Assembly: GCA_021324815.1 (NCBI GenBank)
Contig: JAJPIJ010000006.1
Coordinates: 24,814-88,813, forward strand
From: Gammaproteobacteria bacterium
GTDB lineage: Bacteria; Pseudomonadota; Gammaproteobacteria; JAJPIJ01
Reading direction: 5' to 3'
DNA length: 64,000 nt
Below the pieces are notes generated by a model. It did not search any database. It worked only from the letters and a program-made list of their open reading frames with translations, and was not told the origin of the DNA. Both the position numbers and the translations under genes were made by a program. Shown one piece after another: positions 27,532 to 37,100 of the stretch (the stretch's first letter is position 1; every line of letters starts with the position of its first letter).

Positions 27532-28053
27532 ATGAACGATGCACGCATACGTTTGTTGCAAAACATGCCGATCTTCGGCGGCGTCAACGCGGACATCTTG
27601 AGCTACCTCTTGCAGTTTACGCGCATCGTCAAACAGCCCGCGGGCGCCTATTACTTCCGCGAACGGGACCCGGGCGATTCGATGTTCGTGCTGGAGGAGG
27701 GCGAAATCGACATCGTCAAGAGCTGGAAGGACAACACCTATCTGTTGCGCAGGCTGGGGGTTGGTGATTGTTTCGGAATTTTGACGTTGCTTGATCTGGG
27801 GCCCCGCAGCGGGTCGGCAATCGCGCGCCAGCCCTGTTCGGCGATCGAAATCTCCACCGCCAACATGTACGAGATTTACAAAAAGGATCCCGAGCAGTAC
27901 ACGCTGTTGCTGATGAATCTGGGCCGCGAGGTCAGCCGCCGGCTGCGCGAGGCCGACACGCAATTGTTCAAGACGCTGGTGGAGCCGGAATATGCGGCCC
28001 GCGACTGGATCGCGGCGGATCGCTACATCGACCCCGTAGACACCCCTTTGTAA
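27532..28053 (+). CDS. Stand-alone cyclic-nucleotide-binding (CAP effector) domain protein, 173 aa, no DNA-binding domain
   Basis: …FGGVNADILSYLLQFTRIVKQPAGAYYFRERDPGDSMFVLEEGEIDIVK…LLRRLGVGDCFGILTLL… cNMP-binding beta-roll motifs. Too short for Crp/Fnr, with no HTH. Confidence 0.6.
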   Translation: MNDARIRLLQNMPIFGGVNADILSYLLQFTRIVKQPAGAYYFRERDPGDSMFVLEEGEIDIVKSWKDNTYLLRRLGVGDCFGILTLLDLGPRSGSAIARQPCSAIEISTANMYEIYKKDPEQYTLLLMNLGREVSRRLREADTQLFKTLVEPEYAARDWIAADRYIDPVDTPL

Positions 28054-28238
28054 AAAATTCAAGTTCCGCAATCCCCGGCCGGGCCGGCGGAGATTTAGCC
28101 ATTGTCGCCACCCGCCGACAGATGTTCGGTGGTTTCCCCCCGGAGGTCTAGAAGCATGAGGGTGGGCAACCTCGCAAACCGCATCTAATTTATTGTTAAT
28201 AAATGAATTTTACGGCTCTGATCCACGGCGGGAACGGC

Positions 28239-28254
28239 TGGCATGCGCGCTGCT
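28239..28254 (+). promoter_or_regulatory. Candidate sigma-54 (-24/-12) promoter TGGCATgcgcgcTGCT
   Basis: GG and GC dinucleotides are spaced exactly as in the TGGCACG-N4-TTGC consensus. Located ~60 bp upstream of the 28314 ORF. An AT-rich palindrome ATTTATTgttAATAAAT lies ~55 bp further upstream. Confidence 0.4.
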
Positions 28255-28313
28255 AGGAAACAATCCAAGAGAGACCGCGCGAAAATCCGCGAAAGCAGGT
28301 TAAAGAGGCACTC

Positions 28314-28607
28314 ATGGACAACAAGGCGTTATTGCAGCTGGTGGTCGACAACAGCAGCCGCACCGGGCGCGAGTGTGTGTTGCAGCCCGCCGATTTGGAA
28401 TACTTCGATGCCGCCATTGAGCGCGCCCGCGGACAGTTGCTCGAAGACTTGGCCTACTACCAAGGCCGGATTTCCGACCTGCAGCAAATGGATCCCCACA
28501 ACCGGACGGGCCTGATGACGCTTTACCGTGCCCACGAATTCCACCTGCACCGGTTGCTCGGCATGCTGTGCGAGCCGCCGCGGGCCGTCCGTCAGGAAAC
28601 GAAGTAG
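28314..28607 (+). CDS. Hypothetical 97-aa soluble protein (orphan)
   Basis: ATG with upstream AAAGAGG RBS. Followed by a strong intrinsic terminator. No family recognised. Confidence 0.45.
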   Translation: MDNKALLQLVVDNSSRTGRECVLQPADLEYFDAAIERARGQLLEDLAYYQGRISDLQQMDPHNRTGLMTLYRAHEFHLHRLLGMLCEPPRAVRQETK

Positions 28608-28634
28608 TCGCTGTTCCCTTCTCGTTGGGATTTG

Positions 28635-28662
28635 AGCCCGCCGTCTGGCGGGCTTTTTTTTT
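28635..28662 (+). terminator. Rho-independent terminator (8-bp GC stem AGCCCGCC/GGCGGGCT, loop GTCT, T9 run)
   Basis: agcccgccgtctggcgggcttttttttt, immediately after the 28314..28607 ORF. Confidence 0.7.
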
Positions 28663-28667
28663 GGCGA

Positions 28668-29351
28668 TCAACGCCGCCGGCGGGCAAGGGAAGGCGCGAT
28701 ATAGCGTGTCAGCAAAACCAGCAAGGCCAGCAGACCGAGCAACCCCAGCAAGTCCGGCGACAACACGTCCCCTATGCTTTGGATCTGCGCCAGTTCGGTG
28801 CCGGCACTGACCAGGATGAACATGACCGGCAGCAGGCCGATGAGACTGACGACGCAAAAGGTAAAGACATCCATGGAGGTCAGGCCCATGACCAGATTGA
28901 GTATCCAGAATGGGAAGGCGATTAAACGCATGGTCAACAGGAAAAGCCAGCCTTCACGGCGGAAGCCCGCATCCAGCCGGTGGTAATGACGGGCCAGGCG
29001 GCTGCGCACCCAGTCGCGCAACCAATAGCGGGCACTCAAGAAAGCAATGATGGCGCCGCCGCCGGCGGCGGACATCACCGCGAGCAACCCCACCCAGCGG
29101 CCGAACAACGCGCCCGCCAGCAGCGCCAGCACGCCCGCGAATGGCAGCGAGGCGCCGGTCAGAATGATGAACACCAGCATGAAGCCGCCGATCGTCAACC
29201 ACGGATGACCGGCATAGAACAATTGCCAGTCATGCAGCCGGGCCTGCAACGTTTCCAGACGCAGGACCTCTCCGAGGTCAAAATACCAAGCCGATCCCCA
29301 GATTAAGAACAGGCCGCACAATGCCAGGAGCCGTTTCCACATCATCAACAT
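28668..29351 (-). CDS. DedA/TVP38/TMEM64-family membrane protein
   Basis: 227-aa polytopic protein (…AGVLALLAGALFGRWVGLL…) typical of the SNARE-associated/DedA family. Confidence 0.75.
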   Translation of the reverse strand: MLMMWKRLLALCGLFLIWGSAWYFDLGEVLRLETLQARLHDWQLFYAGHPWLTIGGFMLVFIILTGASLPFAGVLALLAGALFGRWVGLLAVMSAAGGGAIIAFLSARYWLRDWVRSRLARHYHRLDAGFRREGWLFLLTMRLIAFPFWILNLVMGLTSMDVFTFCVVSLIGLLPVMFILVSAGTELAQIQSIGDVLSPDLLGLLGLLALLVLLTRYIAPSLARRRR

Positions 29352-29363
29352 TTCACCGCCGGT

Positions 29364-30236
29364 TTACGGCGGATGGAGTGATTTATCACCATTGACGAGC
29401 CAGGATTTGCGCGTTTTGTCCCGCGTTCCCAGGCCGGCGAAGTCGTAAAGACTGCGATCGGCGAGGTGTGATGGATTGACCGTTTGCAGCGCGGAGAAAA
29501 TGTTGTTGAGGCGCCCCGGCCATTTTTTTTCCCATTCCCGCAGCATGGATTTGATTTGGTTGCGCTGCAGATTTTCCTGGCTGCCGCAGAGATTGCAGGG
29601 AATGATCGGGAAGCCGCGCAGCGCGGCGTATGCCCCTATATCGGCTTCGGGACAATAGGCCAGCGGCCGGATGACGATATGCGCACCGTCGTCGGAGCGC
29701 AGTTTCGGCGGCATGGCCTTCATCCGACCGCCGAAGAACAGGTTGAGAAACAATGTCTCGATGATGTCATCGCGATGGTGGCCCAGCGCGATCTTGGTGA
29801 CGCCGGTTTCTTTGGCATGCCGGTAGAGGATGCCGCGCCGCAGCCGCGAACACAGCCCGCAGGTGGTTTCGCCCTCCGGCACCACGCGCTTGACCACGCT
29901 GTAGGTGTCCTCGCTCAGGATATGGAAGGGGACGCCCCGCGCGGTCAGGTACTCCGGCAGCACGTGCGCCGGGAATCCCGGCTGTTTCTGGTCCAGGTTG
30001 ACGGCGATGAGCTCAAAATCCACGGGCGCGCTGCGCTGCAGGCTCAGCAGAACGTCCAGCAGCGTGTAGGAGTCCTTGCCGCCCGACAGGCAGACCATGA
30101 CTCGATCCCCGGCCTCAATCATCTGGTAGTCCTCGATGGCGCGTCCCACGAGGCGCCGCAGGCGCTTGGCCAGCTTGTTCAATTCAAGCCGGTCCCTTCT
30201 GTCATCGCCTGCGGATGGGAGAACGGAGATGTTCAT
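29364..30236 (-). CDS. ttcA: tRNA 2-thiocytidine(32) synthetase TtcA
   Basis: PP-loop SGGKDS plus the CxxC pairs (…[11 protein letters not shown]…PCNLCGSQ…) characteristic of TtcA. Confidence 0.85.
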   Translation of the reverse strand: MNISVLPSAGDDRRDRLELNKLAKRLRRLVGRAIEDYQMIEAGDRVMVCLSGGKDSYTLLDVLLSLQRSAPVDFELIAVNLDQKQPGFPAHVLPEYLTARGVPFHILSEDTYSVVKRVVPEGETTCGLCSRLRRGILYRHAKETGVTKIALGHHRDDIIETLFLNLFFGGRMKAMPPKLRSDDGAHIVIRPLAYCPEADIGAYAALRGFPIIPCNLCGSQENLQRNQIKSMLREWEKKWPGRLNNIFSALQTVNPSHLADRSLYDFAGLGTRDKTRKSWLVNGDKSLHPP

Positions 30237-30528
30237 GGGCGGTGAAAACTATACCCGCAGCAAAAGACCGCCACAATCCTGCAACACCGGCGGAATTTCA
30301 GGAAATCACCCGGACTGGCGGCCGGTCTGGTACGCGCACGTCCGGGTGCGGCCCCTGCCGCCCGCGTGACGGAACCGGGGCATCCGTTCCGGGGGCGAAA
30401 GCGCGGCGCCCGGGGACCGGCCGGAGTTCAACGCGCGGACAACATGGCCGATCAGTGTGGTGGCACGTATCAGCCCCGTGTTTCGGAAGATTCCGCCGCC
30501 TTCGGCGGTCCGAAGAAAAAACCCCGGG

Positions 30529-30738
30529 TCAGGCCTCCGCCGGCGTCACCGCCGATGCCTGTAGGCCCTTGGGGCCGCGCTGCACCTCGAAGTTTACTTT
30601 CTGACCTTCCTGCAGGGTCCGGAAGCCGGAGCCCTTGATTGCGGAGTAGTGTACGAACACATCGTCACCACCTTCACTCGGAGTAATAAAACCATACCCC
30701 TTCGCTTCATTGAACCACTTTACAGTACCTGTTGCCAT
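30529..30738 (-). CDS. Cold-shock protein, CspA family (69 aa)
   Basis: [52 protein letters not shown]… RNP1/RNP2 motifs. A ~190-nt lower-GC 5' leader (30739-30930) is typical of csp genes. Confidence 0.9.
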   Translation of the reverse strand: MATGTVKWFNEAKGYGFITPSEGGDDVFVHYSAIKGSGFRTLQEGQKVNFEVQRGPKGLQASAVTPAEA

Positions 30739-30987
30739 GCGAATTGACTCCAAAAAATTAAACGAGTGCGTTGCAGATTGATCGAGGGCAGCATAGAGAG
30801 GTTTTCGAGGAACATCTTCACCATCCTGCGACTTACACTGCAGCGATACAAAGCATAGACTAATCTGACGATGGAAGCCACTTTTTTCTTGCATGCGGTT
30901 TGTGACGCAATAGACGCATTCGTTGGAGATCAGTTATGGTGCGCGTAAAAACCTTCCCCCGGGCATGAAGCAATCACCGCGCCTCAC

Positions 30988-31764
30988 ATGACATCCGGCA
31001 TGTCTCCATCGTTGATGAACAAAGTCGCGCTCGTGACCGGCGGCGCCCGGCGCGTGGGCCGCGCCGTGGCGCTCAAGCTGGCCGAGGCCGGCATGGATGT
31101 CGCCATCACCTATCAGCGCAGCCGCGAGGAGGCCGCCGAGGTGGTGGCCCGCATCGAGGCGCTGGGCCGGCGCGGGCTCGCCATCGCCGTGGACCTGGCA
31201 CATCCGGAGGCCGATGCCGTGATCGTCTCGGCGATCATGGAACGTTTTGATCGTCTGGATGCGCTCATCAACAATGCCAGCAGTTTCGCGCCCACGCCGT
31301 GGGGCGGGATCAGCGCGGCGGATTATGATCTCAACCAGGCCGTGAACGCCCGCGCACCCCTGCGGCTCATCCAGCGCTTCGCCCCGCTTCTGGGCGCGCA
31401 TCATCATCCCGGTGATCCCGACAGCGCCGGCCGTGTGGTGAACTTCATTGACATTCATGTCATGGGGGAGCCGCTGAAACATTATCTGGCATACAATGCC
31501 TCCAAGGCCGCCTTGATGGAGATCACCTCCTCCTGTGCCATCGAGCTGGCGCCGCGGGTGACCGTCAACGCCATCGCGCCGGGCGTGATCGAATGGGCCG
31601 AATCCTATACCGAGGCGGAGCGGCGCGCCTACATGACCCGCGTGCCGTTGGGGCGGCCGGGCACGCCGGAAGACGCCGCCCGCGCCGTCCTGTTTCTGGT
31701 GCGTGACGCCAGTTACTGCACCGGCCAGATCATCCGCCTTGATGGAGGCCGGTTCTTGACCTGA
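30988..31764 (+). CDS. Short-chain dehydrogenase/reductase, pteridine reductase (FolM/PTR1)-like
   Basis: …[30 protein letters not shown]…YNASKAAL… Rossmann and YxxxK motifs. An alternative start is the ATG at 31015 ([10 protein letters not shown]). Confidence 0.65.
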   Translation: MTSGMSPSLMNKVALVTGGARRVGRAVALKLAEAGMDVAITYQRSREEAAEVVARIEALGRRGLAIAVDLAHPEADAVIVSAIMERFDRLDALINNASSFAPTPWGGISAADYDLNQAVNARAPLRLIQRFAPLLGAHHHPGDPDSAGRVVNFIDIHVMGEPLKHYLAYNASKAALMEITSSCAIELAPRVTVNAIAPGVIEWAESYTEAERRAYMTRVPLGRPGTPEDAARAVLFLVRDASYCTGQIIRLDGGRFLT

Positions 31765-31816
31765 AACTAGTGACATCCCCGACCGGAGGCGGATCGGGGC
31801 GTGGGGAGGCGGGGGC

Positions 31817-32281
31817 ATGATCACGCCGCTGGCAAAAATGGTGCGGGTCGGATGGCGCGAATGGGTGGGCCTGCCGGACCTGCATATTCGCGCCATCAAG
31901 GCCAAGGTGGACACCGGCGCCCGCACCTCCGCGCTGCACGCGTTTTCCGTGGCCCGCATCGTGGAGCGCGGCGTGCCCCGCGTGCGGTTTCAGATGCATC
32001 CCAGCCAGTATCGCACCGACAGGATCGTGACCTGCGTGGCCGACATCCTGGATGAACGCTGGGTGACCGATTCCGGGGGGCACCGGGAAAGGCGCATCGT
32101 CATCGAAACCACGGTGCAGTTGCGCGAGCAGCGCCACCGCATCGAGGTCACGATCACCGATCGCGACACCATGCGCTTTCGCATGCTGCTGGGGCGCACC
32201 GCCATGCGTCATCGTTTCGTGGTCGATCCCGCCGCCTCCTATCTGCTGGGCCGGCCGGCGGGGAAGGGAGGCGGCGCATGA
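31817..32281 (+). CDS. Retropepsin-like COG4067/'ATP-dependent zinc protease' family protein (RimK-associated), cytoplasmic paralog
   Basis: …[16 protein letters not shown]… DTGA motif. Its stop overlaps the rimK start (ATGA). Confidence 0.6.
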   Translation: MITPLAKMVRVGWREWVGLPDLHIRAIKAKVDTGARTSALHAFSVARIVERGVPRVRFQMHPSQYRTDRIVTCVADILDERWVTDSGGHRERRIVIETTVQLREQRHRIEVTITDRDTMRFRMLLGRTAMRHRFVVDPAASYLLGRPAGKGGGA

Positions 32282-33183
32282 AGATTGCGGTGCTTTCGCG
32301 CAATCCCAGACTGTATTCCACACGCCGCCTGGTGGAGGCGGCGGAGCAGCGCGGCCATGAGGTGCGGGTCATTGATTTCCTGCGCTGTTACATGGACATC
32401 ATCGCCCATCAACCCCGCATCTTTTACCATGGCGAGGAATTGACCGGCTTCAACGCCATCATTCCCCGCATCGGCGCCTCGGTGACGTTCTACGGCGCCG
32501 CCGTGGTGCGGCAGTTTGAAATGATGGGCGTGTTCAGCGTCAACGAATCGGTGGCCATCACCCGATCCCGCGACAAGCTGCGCTGTCTGCAACTGCTGGC
32601 GCGCCGGGGCGTGGGGCTGCCGGTCACGGGTTTCGCCCATGCGCCGGAGGACATCAAGAACCTCATCCGCCATGTCGGCAGCGCGCCGGTCGTCATCAAG
32701 CTGCTGGAGGGCACACAGGGCGTCGGGGTGATGCTGGCGGAGACCGCCAAGGCGGCGGAGAGCGTGATGGAGGCCTTCATGGGCCTCAAGGCCAACATCA
32801 TGGTGCAGGAATACATCCGCGAGGCCAGGGGCATGGACATCCGCTGCCTGGTCGTCGGCGGCAAGGTCATTGCCGCCATGCGGCGCCAGGGCCGCGAAGG
32901 AGAATTCCGCTCCAACCTCCACCGCGGCGGCAGCGCGTCGCTCATCCGCATCACACCCGAGGAGCGTGCCATCGCCGCGCGCGCCGCCCGCATCATCGGT
33001 CTCAACGTTTGCGGGGTGGACATGCTGCGTTCCAACCACGGTCCGCTGGTGATCGAGGTCAATTCCTCGCCGGGGCTCGAGGGCATCGAGACGGCCTCGG
33101 GGAAGGACGTCGCCGGGGCCATCGTCGAGTTCATCGAGAACAAGGCGCGTCCGCATCGCACCCGCACCCGCGGCAAGGGCTAG
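32278..33183 (+). CDS. rimK: Ribosomal protein S6 L-glutamate ligase RimK (ATP-grasp)
   Basis: [29 protein letters not shown]…[13 protein letters not shown]… is colinear with RimK. Confidence 0.85.
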   Translation: MKIAVLSRNPRLYSTRRLVEAAEQRGHEVRVIDFLRCYMDIIAHQPRIFYHGEELTGFNAIIPRIGASVTFYGAAVVRQFEMMGVFSVNESVAITRSRDKLRCLQLLARRGVGLPVTGFAHAPEDIKNLIRHVGSAPVVIKLLEGTQGVGVMLAETAKAAESVMEAFMGLKANIMVQEYIREARGMDIRCLVVGGKVIAAMRRQGREGEFRSNLHRGGSASLIRITPEERAIAARAARIIGLNVCGVDMLRSNHGPLVIEVNSSPGLEGIETASGKDVAGAIVEFIENKARPHRTRTRGKG

Positions 33184-33193
33184 CGCGGATGCG

Positions 33194-34219
33194 TTATTGC
33201 GCCGGCACGATGCGTTTGCGGTGATCGACCGGCGCCAGCAGGGAGGCGAATCGTTCGGCGCAGGCGCGCCAGGTGCGGCGGCGCGCGTAGTCCACGCAAT
33301 TCTGGCGCGGGATTTTCAGGGCGCCGGCGATGGCGGTGGCCAGGTCCTCGTCCAGCACGCCGGTCTTGCCGTCGCGGACGACGTCGATGGGGCCGGTGAC
33401 CGGAAAGGCCGCCACCGGCACGCCGCAGGCCATCGCCTCCAGCATGACCAGGCCGAAGGTGTCGGTGCGGCTGGGAAACACGAGCACGTCCGCCGCCGCC
33501 ATGATGGCGGCCAGCGCCCTGCCACGCTTCTCCCCGAGGAAACGGCCGTCGGGGTGGGCGGCGCGCAATCGCGCGCTGTCCGGCCCGTCGCCGACGATGA
33601 CCTTGGTGCCGGCGACTTGCAGTTGGAGGAAGGCCTCAAGATTCTTCTCCACCGCCACGCGTCCCACATACAGCAACAACGGCCGCGGCCAGTCGATGGA
33701 TGAGCGGGGCTGCGGCTTGAACAGATTGCAATCGACACCCCGCGACCACAGCGCCAGCCGCCGGAAACGCCGCTGCTCAAGCCGCATCAGCATCGACGGC
33801 GTGGCCACCATGGTCACCGCCGCGGCGCCGTGGAAGCGGCGCAGATAGGCGTACGACCACGGCAGCGGCACCGGCACGCGGGCGCGGAGGTACTCCGGAA
33901 ACTGGGTGTGAAATGAGGTGGTGAAGCGCCAGCCGTGGCGCCGGCAAAACGCGCGGGCGGCGTGGCCGAGCGGCCCCTCGGTGGCGATGTGCACGGCATC
34001 GGGCGCGAACTTCCGCAACATGCGGGCCACGCCCGCGGCCGGCAGGACCGCCAGCCGGATGGAGGGATAGGTCGGGCAGGGAACCGTGCGAAAGGACTGC
34101 GGGGTGACGAACGATACCTCGTGTCCCAGCGCGCACAGCTCCGCGCCCGTTTGTGCAAGGGTGTTGACGACGCCATTGACCTGCGGGTGCCAGGCATCGG
34201 TGACGATCGCGATGCGCAT
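33194..34219 (-). CDS. GT4-family glycosyltransferase, SQD2/SqdX/Agt-like (candidate glycosyl-diacylglycerol synthase), paralog A
   Basis: MRIAIVTDAWHPQVNGVVNTL…GHEV… N-terminal GT-B acceptor domain and C-terminal …PSRTDTFGLVMLEAMACGVPV… EX7E-type donor motif. The ATG at 34219 is internal to the longer listed ORF. Confidence 0.7.
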   Translation of the reverse strand: MRIAIVTDAWHPQVNGVVNTLAQTGAELCALGHEVSFVTPQSFRTVPCPTYPSIRLAVLPAAGVARMLRKFAPDAVHIATEGPLGHAARAFCRRHGWRFTTSFHTQFPEYLRARVPVPLPWSYAYLRRFHGAAAVTMVATPSMLMRLEQRRFRRLALWSRGVDCNLFKPQPRSSIDWPRPLLLYVGRVAVEKNLEAFLQLQVAGTKVIVGDGPDSARLRAAHPDGRFLGEKRGRALAAIMAAADVLVFPSRTDTFGLVMLEAMACGVPVAAFPVTGPIDVVRDGKTGVLDEDLATAIAGALKIPRQNCVDYARRRTWRACAERFASLLAPVDHRKRIVPAQ

Positions 34220-34560
34220 GCGGGGCGATGGTCCCGACCGTGGTCGCGCGGACGGCGGCTCGATGTTTATGTTTGCCCCGACAAGGGCATGCATGGTGAC
34301 GGTATCCCGCAATCAAACGCAAGCATTGAAACCAATTCACATCGGCGGAATCCGGCCGCGTCGTCTGCGTCGACGGCAGGGGTTCCTCCCGTCGTGAATG
34401 AACGGCGACGGATCGGCGATCGTGCGATGAGCCGGTGAACCCGGTAAGCTTGAATTCGCCATTCGAACGTCCCGTAAATTCCGCGGCAAAGGGTGCGGGC
34501 GTTTGATGGCGATGGCGTGAAAACAAAAAGTCATTTTGATGACAACAGGGAGAATGATGA

Positions 34561-34959
34561 ATGACCGCGATGAACGACAACGCCGTCCCCAAGGGTCAGA
34601 ACCGGGGCTGGCGGCGGTTGCGCAATGCCCTGTCGTATTCCAGGCTCGGTCTGCTGGCGGCCTACCGCCACGAGGAGGCGTTCCGCATGGAGTTCTGGCT
34701 GGCGGTGTGCATGGCCGTGCTCGCGCTGCTGCTGCCGGTGAGCCGCCTGGAAAAACTGCTCATGGTGGCGAGCCTGCTGGTCGTGCTCATCGTGGAACTG
34801 CTCAATTCGGCCATCGAGGCGGTGGTGGATCGCATCTCCACCGCCCAGCACGAGCTTGCGGGCCGCGCCAAGGACATGGGCAGCGCCGCCGTGCTGCTGT
34901 CCCTGCTGCTGTGCGTGATGGTGTGGTCCGCCATCCTCGTCCACCGCTGGTTTTACTGA
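34561..34959 (+). CDS. dgkA: Diacylglycerol kinase (prokaryotic DgkA family, 3 TM)
   Basis: …SLLVVLIVELLNSAIEAVVDRISTAQHELAGRAKDMGSAAVLLSLLL… is nearly identical in pattern to E. coli DgkA. Confidence 0.85.
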   Translation: MTAMNDNAVPKGQNRGWRRLRNALSYSRLGLLAAYRHEEAFRMEFWLAVCMAVLALLLPVSRLEKLLMVASLLVVLIVELLNSAIEAVVDRISTAQHELAGRAKDMGSAAVLLSLLLCVMVWSAILVHRWFY

Positions 34960-35025
34960 GGCATTGCCTGATTTCAGCGGCCTGGCGGAGAGGGCGGGCC
35001 CCCGAGCCCTTCGGATTTCCCGCTT

Positions 35026-35928
35026 GTGACCGAACTGTCACGAAACCGCAATACGGCTGTCATGCCGTCGTGTCTGAATGCCGGCGGTTCGTACGTGAGG
35101 ATGCCCGTGCTGGACACCGCGGAATTTCTGATTTTCCGTCCGCAACATTACCGCGCCATCTGGATCTCCGACATCCATCTTGGCACGCCTGGCTGTCAGG
35201 CCGGGTATCTCCTCGATTTTCTGCGCCGCCATGAGTCGGACTACCTCTACCTGGTCGGCGACATCATCGACTGCTGGCAGCTCAAGCGCCGCTGGTACTG
35301 GGTCCAGAGCCACAACGACGTGGTGCAGAAAATCCTGCGCAAGGCGCGCAAGGGCACGAAGGTCGTCTACATCGCCGGCAATCATGACGAAGTGGCCCGG
35401 CAGTTCCTTGGCTACCGTTTCGGCGACATCGAGATTGCCAACGAGGCCGCGCATACGCTGGCCGACGGCCGGCGGCTGCTGGTCACGCACGGTGATCTGT
35501 ACGACGCCGTGGTCCAGCGGGCCCGCTGGCTGGCGCTGCTGGGGGATCACCTCTACACCCTCATCCTCAAGCTCAACCGGTGGTTCAATCACCTGCGCGC
35601 GCGCTTGGGGCTGGGTTACTGGTCGCTGTCCCAGTATCTGAAACACAAGACCAAGAACGCGGTGGATTTCATCACCGATTTTGAGAACGCCGTCGCCATT
35701 GATGCGCGCCGCCGCGGCTTTCACGGCGTGGTGTGCGGACACATCCACAAGCCCGTCATCAAGGTCATCGACGGCGTGCTCTATTGCAACGACGGCGACT
35801 GGGTGGAGAGCCTCTCCGCACTGGCCGAAACCATGGAGGGCGAGCTGCGGCTCATCGAGTGGCGGCGGCTGGGCGGCGTGCCGCGGGAACCGTGGCACGA
35901 GGCCCGCGAGGCGGAGATCTCGGCTTGA
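35026..35928 (+). CDS. Calcineurin-like metallophosphoesterase, LpxH/PlcP-like (UDP-2,3-diacylglucosamine hydrolase family homolog)
   Basis: …AIWISDIHLG…YLVGDIIDCWQ…YIAGNHDE…VCGHIHKP… metallophosphoesterase motifs I-V. The start may be the ATG at 35101 (MPVLDTAEF…). Confidence 0.6.
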   Translation: MTELSRNRNTAVMPSCLNAGGSYVRMPVLDTAEFLIFRPQHYRAIWISDIHLGTPGCQAGYLLDFLRRHESDYLYLVGDIIDCWQLKRRWYWVQSHNDVVQKILRKARKGTKVVYIAGNHDEVARQFLGYRFGDIEIANEAAHTLADGRRLLVTHGDLYDAVVQRARWLALLGDHLYTLILKLNRWFNHLRARLGLGYWSLSQYLKHKTKNAVDFITDFENAVAIDARRRGFHGVVCGHIHKPVIKVIDGVLYCNDGDWVESLSALAETMEGELRLIEWRRLGGVPREPWHEAREAEISA

Positions 35929-36935
35929 AGGTGCTGATCGTCACCGACGCCTGGGCGCCGCAGGTCAACGGCGTGGTGACGGTCCTGCGCACGATCGGAA
36001 GGACCATGGGCCGGCGCGGGCATGTCGTGGAGTTCCTGTCGCCGGCGGGCTTCAAGTCGCTGCCCTGCCCCACTTATCCGGAAATCCGGCTGAGCGTGCT
36101 GCCGTACCGCCGGGTGGTGGCGTGCATCGAATCCTCGGCGCCGGACGCCATCCACATCGCCACCGAGGGGCCGCTGGGCCTGGCCGCCCGCCGCTATTGT
36201 CTCAATCGCGGCATGCCGTTCACCACCGCCTACCACACCCGCTTCCCGGAATACGTGCACGCCCGCGTCCGGCTGCCGCTGTCGATCACCTATCGCTGGC
36301 TGCACCGCTTCCACCGGCATGCGCGTGCGTTGATGGTGCCCACGGCGGCGGTGCGTCGCGAGTTGCAGCACCGGGGCTTCACCAACACCGTGCCCTGGAG
36401 CCACGGCGTGGACACGGAAATCTTCTCGCCGGGCGACCGTGAATTCCTCGACACGGCGCGGCCGATCTTTCTCTATGTGGGCCGCGTCGCGGTGGAGAAA
36501 AACATCGAGGCGTTTTTGCAGCTGAACCTGCCGGGATCGAAATGGGTGGTGGGCGAGGGGCCGCTGCGCCCCTGCCTGGAGCACCGCTATCCCCATGTCA
36601 ATTTCGCCGGCATCCAGCCGGTGGAGCAACTGGTCCGCTTTTACCGGGCCGCCGATGTGTTCGTGTTCCCCAGCCTCACCGACACCTTCGGGCTGGTGCT
36701 GCTGGAGGCGCTGGCCTGCGGCACGCCCGTGGCCGCGTTTCCGGTCGCCGGGCCCGCCGATGTCATCGGCAACAGCCCGGTGGGCGTGCTCGATTGGAAC
36801 CTGCAGTCGGCCTGCCTGCGCGCGCTGGAAATCTCCCGGCAGGAGGCGCGCCGGTATGCCGGGTGTTTTTCATGGGACCACGCGGTGCGGCAGTTCGAAT
36901 CCTACCTCGCGCCCCTCGGGCGCGGCGATCAGTGA
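35925..36935 (+). CDS. GT4-family glycosyltransferase, SQD2/Agt-like, paralog B
   Basis: LKVLIVTDAWAPQVNGVVTVLRTIGRTMGRRGHVVEF… parallels paralog A at 33194..34219 residue for residue. TTG 35925 overlaps the phosphoesterase stop; GTG 35931 is an alternative. Confidence 0.7.
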   Translation: MKVLIVTDAWAPQVNGVVTVLRTIGRTMGRRGHVVEFLSPAGFKSLPCPTYPEIRLSVLPYRRVVACIESSAPDAIHIATEGPLGLAARRYCLNRGMPFTTAYHTRFPEYVHARVRLPLSITYRWLHRFHRHARALMVPTAAVRRELQHRGFTNTVPWSHGVDTEIFSPGDREFLDTARPIFLYVGRVAVEKNIEAFLQLNLPGSKWVVGEGPLRPCLEHRYPHVNFAGIQPVEQLVRFYRAADVFVFPSLTDTFGLVLLEALACGTPVAAFPVAGPADVIGNSPVGVLDWNLQSACLRALEISRQEARRYAGCFSWDHAVRQFESYLAPLGRGDQ

Positions 36936-36973
36936 ACCACGGCGGCGGGGTTGCACGAAATGGTTTGAAGGTG

Positions 36974-37047
36974 TGGCTACGGGTGGGCTCGAACCACCGA
37001 CCTCAGCATTATGAGTGCCGCGCTCTAACCGGCTGAGCTACGTAGCC
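36974..37047 (-). tRNA. tRNA-Met (anticodon CAT, elongator type)
   Basis: Reverse complement GGCTACGTAGCTCAGCCGGTTAGAGCGCGGCACTCATAATGCTGAGGTCGGTGGTTCGAGCCCACCCGTAGCCA folds as a cloverleaf. Anticodon loop CTCATAA. Near-identical to E. coli metT. Confidence 0.85.
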
Positions 37048-37100
37048 TTAGCAAGAGGGCGCGATTGTCCGGAGTCACCTCCGGCTTGTCAATGGTGGTG

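Noticed and set aside
30470-30530. Intrinsic terminator after the cold-shock gene
   Set aside because: A GC hairpin is present, but the U-run is on the wrong side for either strand. Not called.
34500-34560. Pho box in front of dgkA or the lipid-remodelling locus
   Set aside because: Only one decent CTGTCAT-like half-site (TTGTCAT on the minus strand) plus an inverted, not direct, partner. Insufficient to call.
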